Shown here one piece after another: positions 11,774 through 24,000 of a stretch of 64,000 bases of DNA. A program made the position numbers and the translations under genes. Below the pieces are notes generated by a model. The model ran no database searches. It was given only the letters and a program-made list of their open reading frames with translations, and was not told where the DNA came from. The stretch's first letter is position 1. Each line of letters opens with the position of its first letter. The DNA is from Callorhinchus milii (taxonomy: Eukaryota): positions 76,260,001 through 76,324,000 of the forward strand of contig NW_024704743.1 of assembly GCF_018977255.1 (NCBI RefSeq). The letters run 5' to 3'.

Positions 11774-14509
11774 TTATAGCTTATTTTGTACACCCCACAA
11801 TTCCTTCCCCTGCAATATAGGAAGTTCCAAAGGCTGATAAGAGAACTAAAATGTAGAAGGGAAAGGAAAGTACCTTTCATGAGAAAGGAAATGATTCATC
11901 AAATTGCAGAAATTACCTTCAAGCTGTGAGATGCATTCTACAGTATGCACTATACTGATAAATTATATCAGTCAGGACATTATCATTTAATGTGACTTGT
12001 ACAAAGTCCGAGTTATAGGTAAACTTGAATATAAATTTTGATTTAATCAATAATCTACATTGCACGTGGTTATTCAATGCAGCCAATAAGTGTGCATGCA
12101 ATACTTTTGTCACTGCAGCTGATAAGTTAAAATGACGTGTCAAAACCACGTTTCCTGTGATTCAAAGCGCTGTATGTACACCTGTAGGCAAGCATTAGAA
12201 TCGCGTTGAATCACAGGAAATGAAGTTCTTCTGTGCATATGGCGATGGATCAAGACTACGTTTCCATGCAGGCAGCCAGTAAGTGCGCATCCATCGATGG
12301 ATTAGGACATCATTTGTTGTGATTCAATGCAGCTTGTAACTTCATTACAAGTTAGGAGATTATTTGTTATAAAAAATGATGAGTGCAAACAAATCTAAGT
12401 GGTTTTGATAGGAAACTGAATGGCACTCGGGTGCATGTATGACTTGGTTGATTATATGATTTATACAGATAAGAATTGTGTGAGTTTTACTGTAACTGTT
12501 TTTCACTAATTTCCACTGAATGTACATGCTATACATTTTCCTTCTCTTACATATAACCTAACTCAACTGTTGACAACTTCTCTCTTTCCTCTAAAGACCA
12601 GTGGTTTGTTGATGGTTCTCCAGGGTGCTATCAGCCTCTTTTATCTCAAGTTGTGACTTTGCTGTTGACTATATCATAATAGTTTCAATAATGCTTGGTA
12701 TTGGTGCAAAGGACACAGAGTTTATTATAAAACATTTTACAGTCATAGGAACATTACCTTATCAGAAATAATTTTGTACAGTCTGATATTACTATGTAAT
12801 AATAGTGTCAAGCGGTGGGCAATGGTGATGTTTCAAAAGTTAAGCCCTTTGTCATGTTTGTGAATTCTTTCATTGTATTGTTGCAGAACCTTGATCAAAT
12901 TGAGTAAACCTATTGTTCACAACATTTACATTTAAAAAGTCGTGTTAGTTTTCTTTGTCCAGACGATCCATCCCTGAAAATGAGCTTAAACAAGAAGCTG
13001 CCACCATAACACAATACCAGAGACAAAAAATAATGTTGTTAGCACATATAATTTACAAAGCACAATGAAAAATGCTCACATTTGTGATTTCTGACCTCCA
13101 ATCTTTTTCTTCTATGTTTGCAATTGGAGAATAAATTGTGTAATAATGCAAGATGTTTTGCTCACCTATATGCAATGGATGATTTGATTATTGGGATACA
13201 ATCTGGAGATGATTCTAAATAAGAAAATTAGTGCAATGTATACTGTACTTTTGGGATTATCTGGTAGGAAAAAATCTGTATCTGATTTATAACTGAAACG
13301 ATGGGATACAGAATGCAGCCTGAGATGTGACACATGAACAAAAATGGAATTAAAACATTCAGTGTTTTTCACTAATTATTAGGTTGATTTCTTTCAGTGT
13401 TCACCTTCAGTGATTGGATCTGAAGCTCGCTCAAAAATTCTAAAATTTCTAACCATCTACCTTTGATTTTAGTTTACGTATCAATTTAGTTTACGTATTC
13501 CTTTCAAAAGCACAGAGTTCCTATATTTATATATATTATTTATATATATATATAGCAATTCCTATATTCAACATTCTGATATTGCTATAAAATAACAGTA
13601 AGTATCAAGTATGAGATGGACAATGATGATGTTTCAAAAGTTGTGAGGAAGAGGTCTAGGAGCATCAGCATTACTGGCATTTGTGGAGTGCAGTGTTTCA
13701 GGGCTGCCCCACAAGACAATGCCTTAAAATTCAGCCAAGATTTCTATTTTTTTTAAAAAAGACAGCATTTGGAATTTTTGAACTGAAGATTTAACAATAG
13801 GGATTCATTTTTTTTGATTTGGAGAACAATAGAAAAAAATTGGAGAAATGAAATGGTGTTAAACAGAGTTTGAAATGTACTTCCCTTCCCCCAACTTCCA
13901 AATATTGGTAATACCTAAACTCAGTTGAAAAGCGCTGTATGCTACCTCTTGTGTACAAACTGCCTTGAACTAGTACTTGAATGTAATTTTGCTCAATGAA
14001 GTAATGCTTTCACTGCAGTAGCCTTAAAGTTAATTTCATGTAAAAAAACTGGGATGACAAAGTTTAAAATAATGCCCAAAATAAGGTAGGATGGTTGCAG
14101 ATAACTTTTTACATAGAATTGGTGTACAATCTCATACAAAATGGGATACTGTTGAATGGAGCATGATTCATGAAAGTACAGGATTTTTTAAAACTGATTG
14201 CAAGCTGACACTTTAGCTCTCTTGTCTTTTTTAAACACCAAACCCTTTACCACAATATCACTGACATTTACAAAATTTTATTTCTGTCTCATGATTAACT
14301 ATCAAAATATCCTTTTTTTTCCTTTTAGAGGAATGTGTCTAGAAAGCTGAGTTTTCTTTGATTATCTGCTGAGTATTGTGAGATAAGTGTGATCACGTGG
14401 TTTGACTGGACATTGAGTAATAACATTCAAAGTACTGTATGTCCCATTGTTCTTTGTGTAGCCTTCAAAAAGAAATGTTTATAGGCAGAAGCAAGCCAAG
14501 AATAAAGGG

Positions 14510-16090
14510 AAGTTATTCGAAAACAACAAAATTACATTTGTATAGCGCCTTTCACGTTGGGAGGAGGTCCCAAGGCACTGGACAGTCAGTGTTTCGGACT
14601 TGAGCTGGGGTTCGGATTGGGGAGGGTGGATGACAGTGGGGGAAGGAGGGTGATGGAAAGCACAGTCGAAGAGGAGGGGCTTGAGATAGGTCTTGAAGGA
14701 GGCAAGGGAGGGGGCTAGGCGGAGGGACTGCGGGATGGAGTTCCTGAGAGTGGCTGAAGGCCCGCCCACCAATGGGGTGGGCAAGGTGGGGGACGTGAAG
14801 CAGGCCAGAGCCCGCTGAGCGGAGGGAGCGGGCGAGTTGGTAGGGGGTTAGAAGGTTGCGGAGGTAGGGCGGAACGAGGCCATGGAGGGCTATGAAGGTG
14901 AAGAGCCTGGATCTTGAATTGTATCCTGTGTGTGATGGGAAGCCAGTGGAGTCGGGTGAGGATGGGGGTATTAGGGTCACGGAACCTGATGTGAGAGAGG
15001 ACACGGGCTGCAGAGTTCTGGATGATCTGCAGCCTATGGAGGGAGGAGTTGGGGAGGCCGACAAGCAGGGAGTAAAAAGGATAGTTGTGGGTCAAACAAG
15101 ATGCCAAGCTTCCGGACTGGCTTAGTAAAGTGGAGTGTGCATCCTTGGATGGTGACTCTATCAGTGCCTGAGGTGTGGAGGGGCTGACGGGAGCCAATCA
15201 GGAGGGCCTTGGTCTTGTTGACATTCAACTGAAGAAAGTTAGCTCTCATCCAGGACTTGATGTCTGACAGATATTCTGTCAGGACAGCAATGGTCCTGGA
15301 GTCAAGGGTGGAGAGAGAGATACAGTTGGGTGTCATCCGTATGTGGAAGTTGACCCCAGGTCTGTGGATGATGTCACCAAGAGGGAGCATATGGATATTG
15401 GAGAGGACGGGATCAAGGAGGGGACCTCCACACAAGAAGATGTGGGGGCTAGAGGTGAAACCGATTGTGGAGATGAAGTAGAGACGGTGTAAGAGGAATG
15501 ATCTGAACCATTCAAGGACAGAACCATGAAGGTTGAGGTGAGAGGAGAGGCCGTAGATGAGGATAGAGTGGTCAGTGGTATCGAAGGCAGCAGGGAGGTC
15601 AAGGAGGCAAAGGGAGGCCTGGTCGGAGGTGCACAGAATGTCATTTATCACTTTGACCAGAAATGTTTTTGTGCTGTGGGCGGCATGGAAACCCGATTGG
15701 AGGGGTTCATGAATGGAGTGGCAGGAGAGGAAGGAGCGAATCTGGGAAGTGATGACTCATTTCAGGACCGAGGAAAGGGAGGTTGGAGATGGGCCGGTAG
15801 TTTGAGAGCAGGAATGGGTCCAGGGAGGGTTTTTTAAGGATAAGGAGTGATGGTAGCCATTTTTAAACGGTTGGGAACGGTGTGGACAGGGAGAGGTTTA
15901 TGATGTCTGTGAGTAGAGGGGCAATGAGGTGCAGCTGGGAGGTAAGGAGATTGGTAGGATGGGGTCGAGGGAGAGGTGGTCAGTTTCATGCAGGTTATAG
16001 TGGTGGTGGGAGAGGAATGGGAGACAGGTTCGAAGCTGTGGTTGGAGGGATGGATAGGGGCTGTGCTGGCTCTTTTAAAATAGCTATTCA
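14510..16090 (-). mobile_element. L2-clade LINE, 5'-truncated and degenerate
   Basis: Broken RT frames (LCLLDLPAAFDTTDH, IKSWMRANFLQLNVNKT, RLHWLPITHRIQFK) and the L2 3' tail at ~14520. Confidence 0.9.
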
Positions 16091-17870
16091 AATCAAATAG
16101 TAGATGGAAGGTCAGAGGCAGCTGAGTGGATATTCAGCCTTATACTCTTTCTGATATTGTCGGGTTGCACATGCAATGTAACAACATTCCTTTATTCAGT
16201 GTCTACTCTAGACTTGATATTCTAATGCAACGCTGAGGTGTGCTGAATTGTTGGATGAGATATCAAACTGAGGTCCCATTTGCTTACTCAGATGGATGTT
16301 AGAGATCCCATGGCACAGTTTGAAAAGCAGTTTCTCCCAATATCCTGGTCAATGATCCCCCAGATGAAATTGGTCATTCACTTCATATTTGTGTATATAT
16401 TGGCTGCTGCATTCACCTACAAAAATACAGATACTTCATTCTACAGTAAATTCTGTTAACAACAACTTGCACTTATATAACGCCCTCCATACAGGGTAGA
16501 ATCTCAGAGCGCTTAACAATGGTGGAACCTAGTTCCTAGCCAGGGCGGGGGGTGGTGGGAGGTGGAGGAAAAAGGAAGGAAAGAAAGGCTTTCAGGCAAG
16601 ACTTGAAAAAGGGGAGAGAGGGGGCAAGGCGGAGGGATTGAGGGAGAGTGTTAAGCGCTCTACAGCGAAGTTTACAATTTGCCCTGGGATATTTCAGCAA
16701 CATGATACATTATTATATCAAATATTCTATATTACATTATTGCTGTTTGTATTTGAAGCACAGCATGGACTTATTGTAGAAAAGTTCATATAGGGTATTT
16801 TCTAAATGTAGTCCATCAATGTCTAAAGTTGCTACGGGCAGAATAACTGCCAATACTTATCTTTATTATATAGGTACAGAGTTCAGTTTGGATAGTTACA
16901 AATAATCTTCCTCTTGGCTTGGACCTGTAAATCAATCTTCCTCTGACTTCTCGTCACAGTACCATAAAGGTTAGAGTAACTAAGAGTAACTAATTTCCTT
17001 CCACCCTGAGCTTGCCTGTACGCCTTTTTCGAGGCTGTACATGGAATAATAGGAGGTTATTTGAAAGTAACTTTGCCTATAATCCGTTTGTAGCTCCAGT
17101 TGGCGAGCAGTTTGTTTGATTCCAACATTGTTTTGCTTTATATATGGTATAATTAATGCAACCTTTTTCACCAGTGCCAGCATAATACTTTATTGTTCTT
17201 TGACTTGCAGCAGAAATGTAATTTTTTTAAAAATGATTACATTTCAACAAACAACAAATTACATTTGTAGAGCGCCTTTCACATCAGGAGGACATCCTAA
17301 GGCGCTGGAAATTTCATGGCCTCTGCTGAAACAAAATAGCTGGCTTGTACTTCCCCGTCTTCTGAAAGCATTTGATCCCTTTATTTCACTCTCTAGTGTG
17401 GTACAGTCCATTGGCATCCCCTGATACGTCCCCCGAATAGCCATTATTCATGTGAGTCTCGGCAGGTAGTGTTAACAGGCTAATTGACTATGGATATTTT
17501 TTGTTGGGGGCTGGGGGGATAGAAGAGGAGCAGAAGCTGAGCATAATTCTGTCCTCATCTGAACCTGATCTCAGTACACATACCTTCCTGCAGAAATCTG
17601 GATTGAGTTGAGAATGGGAACCCTGGAAGATTTTCCTCTTCCCCAAACCTAGGGTTACTGTGGCCAGTTGTAAATGCCCATGGTTGATCACCACAGGCTT
17701 CAAATCTGCAGCAGTTGTAACTGGGCAGCATGTAAAGACTGGCAGGAACCTGAAAAGGTATATTTCAAATAATATTGGTGTTTTTGCTGACTTTCATATT
17801 CCTCTTCTTGTCCAGAAGGTGGCTGCAGTGATGCTGAGGCTGTTGTTGAGCAGCAAGAGACCCGGGCAGA

Positions 17871-18098
17871 ATGAGCAGTGTAACATCCGTTCAGGAGAAT
17901 GTCGTTGTGGTCAATAGTTTCAGTCACAGAACGTCCTTTGGTGCAGGTCATTCAGTAAATGCAAATCAGCTGGTGACCAGGTTAGCGTCGTATGAACCCA
18001 GTGAAACACGAACTATTTCTGATGTCAGAAGGACTTTCTGCTTATTTGTTACATTTGATCTTTTATTTGTCGGCTTGCTCTGGATAATAGAATTAAAT
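17871..18098 (+). CDS. STARD3NL: STARD3NL coding exon (exon 2; acceptor at 17815/17816, ATG 17871)
   Basis: MSSVTSVQ...ISDVRRTFCLFVTFDLLFVGLLWIIELN, 228 nt, donor GTAAGT at 18099. Confidence 0.96.
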
Positions 18099-21000
18099 GT
18101 AAGTATTAAATTTACGTATCAATTTTAAATATTCTACAGATTATATGTTTTATGAAGTAGAGACTTAAAATAGAATGTAAAATTTCCCCCAAATATGTAC
18201 GTTACCTGTTCAATTAACTTGATTATTAAAATGATCATCTAATTTAACTTGAAACTAAATTGTTCAAACTATAGTCAAATGTTTAGATTGAGCTAACCTC
18301 TGGCACTTTTTTTGCTTTTCAGGTGGAAGGAAACATTAAATCCAGGTTAAAAGATGAAGTTCTCCATTATAACTTTAAACATTCTTACTTTGACATATTT
18401 GTAAGTCTAGTAGTTTTCCTTAGTATCCTGAAATATTGTTTGTGCTTAATATGACATTCTGATCACTGTTCAAGTTTTAAACTTCAATGTGCTTTATTTA
18501 TTTTCACAGTTACTGGCGGTTTTTCGTTTTTTAGCGCTGATATTAGCATATGCCTTGTGCAAACTACGTCACTGGTGGGCAATAGCGGTAAGTGGCAACA
18601 CTGGAAAAATATTAGCGCTTGGGCCAAGTGACTTTAGATGGAGAAGACAACCAAGGCTAGTTCGTGAACAGGATTGCGTTACCCTGCGTGAGGGGCTATA
18701 TAAATGCAAGTTGTTATTAATGCATGGAGTTATAAGAGGTTGCCTAAAACTTCATAAATCTGGCGAAGTAAGATTTTATTCAAACCTCCTTTTTTTTCTA
18801 TTCTATGTCTTAAGATGTAGCCTTAAGATCCTGTGCCTTAAGATGCATTTACCTTTTGTATAGCCTTATCTATCTGCACTGCTCCCTTCATTGACCAGTG
18901 CATCCTGAGGTTTCCCTCAATACCATTTCAAATCTGTTTGAAAATTAATGTATTCTCATTCTCTATTCTTAGTACTAAAATATACTACTTCTGATTTTTG
19001 AACAGTGAACTACTGTTATCTAGTAGCCTAACAATGTCCCACAGGCGTTCACAATCCTTGGATAAACTGCTTTGATGAGTCATTGCAACCCTGTTTCAAT
19101 CCTTTCAAGAGAGGGACTGAATTGATCTCTGCAGGGATTCGCTGTGTCAAATGAAGCCCCAAATTATCCTTTCTAACCACTAATCTGCATGATAATCTTG
19201 TACGGCTATAAGTGACATTTAGCTTTTCCAATTTTAGATTACAACCGCCGTGACCAGTGGCTTTCTAATTGCAAAAGTAATTTTTTCAAAGGTATGTATT
19301 GCTTCTAGAACTAAAATCTGTGTGAAAGTATCAATTTCTGTCATTTGCTTTCTTAAAGTCTTTAGACTGCCTACTAAATCCTATTTATCCTATTGATCTA
19401 GCTTCTGAACCAAGGTAGTGCCTTTGCCTATTTGCTGCCAGTCATATCCTTCATACTAGCCTGGATAGAGACCTGGTTCCTCGATTTCAAGGTTTGCCAC
19501 AAGAGGCAGAGAATGAAAACAGTAAGTAAACTAACAAATTCCTTGTGCAGATGTAGGAGGAAGGATTAAAGAATTTGTAGCATTGAGATATAAAGTCAAT
19601 TTTAATTGCAAATTGTTCATTGGTGTTACTAATGATGAATTTGATGTTCATCCTCCATGGAGAATCCAGCCTGTTTTTGCAGCAACTCAGCAATAATAAT
19701 AATTATCCTTGCATTTCATATAGTGCCTTATCACATCTTCGAGATGTCTCAAACCGCTTCACAGAATATACTGTAAAGTGAATTGACTTTGTATTTTGTG
19801 GTGAAATAATTGTGGCAATGCCTGCCTAATCAATGTCCTTCGGTGAGCTGTACACAATCGTTGTTGGAATTTAGTCCCTATACAGCCATCTGCTTGGAAG
19901 AGACTCCATGGGTTCCCTCCCGATTGCTTGATATGGGTTTTAAGCCTGTGTACGTGGAAAACGCCATACTCAGCCCAACATTCAAAAAAATACAGGCTGC
20001 AAGACTCACCATCTGGGAATGATACTCTTCATGGCTGAATTCCCAACATCTAGGTCAGGGTGGTCCAACCTTTTGGCCCCTGAGGGCCGGGTGCTGATTT
20101 GAGAACTGTCTGCTGGCTGCATAGCAATATTTTTGTGTTTCCCTTCCAAAAATATAATCCGTAAGAATCATGTAAAATTCCTCTGTTTTGAATTGCATAC
20201 ATGTATTACTTAATTTTACAGTATTTTAGTTAAAATGTAAACTTTAAATAGGCAATGTGAAACCTCATACAAATTTTAAGACAATAATACACTTATCAGT
20301 GAAGTACAACAACAAGATTACATTTGTTTAACGCTTTTCAAGTTGCAAGCATGCCCCAAGGCACTGGACAGTCAGTGTTTCAGACCCAAGATGGGGGTCG
20401 GGATTGGGGAGGGTGGAGGGCAGGGGGCAAGGAGGGTGATTGAAAGCATGGTCGAAGAGGAGGGTCTTGAGATGGGTTTTGAAGGAGGCAAGGGAGGGAT
20501 GGCGGGATGGAGTTCCAGAGGCTGGGGGCAAAATGGCAGAAGGCCACTAGCTTCTCTAGCCTCTCCTCATACTCAAATCACTTGTTTCTGGTACCATCCT
20601 GGTATATCTCCTTTGCACCCTCTCCAATGCCTTGAGATCCTTCCTAAAGTGTGGTGCCCACAACTGAACACAGTCTCCAGCTGAGGCCTAACCAGTGTTT
20701 TATTGCTTCATCCAGTGTAATATATTGCTTGTCTATGTTTTCTTTGAAAGAAAGCATATGATCAAATTTAAGTCAGCATTTCTTGTAGGCTGTATGATTT
20801 TTGCAGATTTTTCTTTATGATTATAAGGAATCGGGAATAAAATAATTGTCTCCACTGGATGAGCTAGCACAAATTTAGGTTCAAATAGCATGTGTGACTG
20901 CAGTGAAATGAGTCATCAAAGTCAGAATGCTGATTTGAACTTCAGTTGTATTATTCTGAGCAAATTGTTTCTATTTTGTTCTTTTGACCTTGTACAGTAC

Positions 21001-24000
21001 ATTGTTTAAACATAGATTAATACATCCCAGGAAAGTATTGAGGCTATGTAGCTTTGTTGATTGTTGTCCTCCTAACGTGAAAGGTGCTATACAAATATCA
21101 TTTTTTATTGTATTTTGTATTGTTATTGTTGTAATCTGTGATTAGTTTGGGATCTATACTGTTATTTTTATAAAACAAATCAGTTTTAACTCCTTTTGTG
21201 AAACTACTTTCTTTGGAGGGAAAGAATAGTGTAAATTGGCAATAGAAAGCACTGTGTTATTTCATCTTTCGGTATCATGTGTTAAACTGATGGAAATAGT
21301 CTAAATACCCTGAGAAAAACATACAGATCATAAAAGCAGAATTGTCAAAATCAATCAGAGGTTACATTTTTGGGGAACTTGATACAAATCAACAATAGCA
21401 AGTGCACAGGGCTTGTTACAGCGCACGTATGCTATTTTAATTGTTAAACTTGGTTAAGATAAATAGATTTATGTTCCACGTGATGAATTACATTAGCACT
21501 CTGAGGGACAGAGAATGAGTACATCCGTAGAGCATGTGTAAACTTCAACTTGATTTTGTTATTGGTGTATAAGTTTGATTTAATAGTTTTAATGCTCTAC
21601 AGTTAAGCACAGTAGCTCCTTTGAAGTATGGAATGCAATATTACATAGTCTTGTAATGTATTAACAAATACAACTTTTATTATAAGTGATTAAGTTCATT
21701 TGGAATTGATAAAAGTGCATTAATAATAATAAGCACAATAATAATATTCTCTGGACATCACTGTACCCCTCCATGCTCTCCAACTACCATCCCATTTTTA
21801 ATCTGCCCTTCCACTCCAAGGTGCTGGAATGAGTTGGAGTCTCCCAGCTTTGCTTCTTTCTTTCCACCACTTTCTGTACAAGATATTTACTGTCCAGTGC
21901 AGTGACGTTTAGTGGGAAAATGTGCATTTTATGCTTGCACGTTTCTACAAATTGCCATGTAGTGTCGCTGAATTGCCATGTAGTGTCGCTGAATTGCCAT
22001 GTAGTGTCGCTGAATTGCCATGTAGTGTCGTTGCATTGCCGTGCAGTATCTCTTCGTTTTGAATAGTATAATGAAATCTTCAACATCCACAGTCAAGACT
22101 TGTGTAGGTCAATTAATTTTCTCATTTCTTTCTATCCATAATATAATAATCCTTGCATTTGATATAGCGCCTTATCACATCTTCGAGGCATCTTAAAGCA
22201 CTTCACAGAATATACTTTAAAGTGAATTGACTGTATATTTTGTGGATGATCCATAGTAAATATCGTTGATAAGAAATCAACAATAAAATAGTAAAACAAC
22301 CAATCGCTCTTTACTGGCATAGTACCTGCCAGCAACTTGTCAGTACAACTCATTGTTATGTACAGGGCACGTTAAGCACAATCATGCTATTTTAATTCTT
22401 AATTTGAAAATAAACAGGTTTACATTCCAATTTATGAATTATATTATCACTCTGAGGAACAGAGAATGAATACTTCCATAGAGCACGTGTAAGCTTCAAC
22501 TTGTTTTGTTATTGCAGTATAAGTTTGATTTAATAATTTACCCTATATTATCACTGGCTGTTTGTCAATGTTGTCCTGGAATATAAACTGTGAACTGAGA
22601 TAATAGATAGATATTTGTTCAGCCTGTTATTCTAAGGCTTTTTTTTTCCTTTCTCCCCTGTTTCAGGAGTGGTTTCAATACATGCTGCATCCGAACATGC
22701 ACCACTTATCCAGCCCGGAGTCCTCTCTGATGGCCAATTTTATTCTCCTCCTGAATCTGTGTCTGGTCAGTATTCTAAGAAAGTATGGTTGGCTACATCT
22801 TTCATTTATGTGGACATAAAGTAGTACTAATTTGATTTGGTGTGCGTGTGTATATATTTTATATATATATATTATATTTATAGTAATTATTTAAATTGTA
22901 TAATGAGATCTGTGGGTGGTTATTTTACTATGTCTGTACTGAACTTTAATATTTTCAATGGTGTGCAATATAATTATGGGAAAGAAACATGCAAATAATG
23001 TGAAGCATGTACAAGAATATATTAATGTACTTTAAAGATGGTTGTGTTAGTTACTACCAAGATATTTGCTCAATAGTTAGAAGACTGTGCTAAGAGGTCC
23101 TAGACTTCGCCTCAAAGATTGAAAACATCGACATGGCTGCATCGTCCTCCCCCTTCTCCACCCACCCCACCCATGTCCCCTTCCACCCCACCTAGACCAT
23201 CCACACTGCCACAGCTCCTGCCGCTCCCCCCTCCTTACACTCTTTGTCCCCATTTCTCCCTCCTCCCTTTCAACCACCATTACCCTCATGAAGTTCACCA
23301 CCTGCTCCTTTGCCCCCTTCCCCACCCAGCTGCTGGTCACTCAACTCCCCCTCATCTTCCCCCCTGCTGGCCGACACGGTCAACCAGTCTCTCTTCTCAG
23401 GCTCTGTTCCACTCCCCCTGAAAACCGCTGTTATCACACCCCATCCCATTTCCAACCTGCCCTTCCTTGCCAAACCCCTGGAACGCATTGTTGCAGGTAA
23501 ACTTCGGTCACGTCACTCCCTTCTTGAGCCCCTGCAGTCTAGTTTTTGCCCTGCCCACAGCACAAAGACAGCGCTTATCAAAGTCACAAACAACATTCTC
23601 TCTATCTTTGACGAGAGCTCCCTCTGCCTCCTCATCCTCCTGGATCTCTCTGCCACGTTCGATACAGTTGATCACGACATCCTCCTCCACTGCCTCTCCT
23701 CCCTCATCCACCTTAGTGGGACTGCACTCGTATGGTTCAAGTCCTACATAACCAACCGCTTCCACTTCATCTTTGCAAATTATTTCTCCTCCCGCCCCCA
23801 CCCAGTCACCTCCAGGGTACGCCAGGGCTCCATCCTTGGCCCTTTTTCCTCATCTACATGCTCCCTCTTGGTGATGTCATCTGCAGGCATCAACATGTAT
23901 GTGGGTGACACACAAATGTACTTTGCCTCCTCCAGCTGCGACTCCAGGTCGTTCGATGTCCTATCAGCTTGTCTGGCAGACATCAGGGCCTGGATGAGTG

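Noticed and set aside
21950-22033. Possible CRISPR-like array
   Set aside because: The repeats are contiguous with no unique spacers and the DNA is vertebrate; it is a plain minisatellite.
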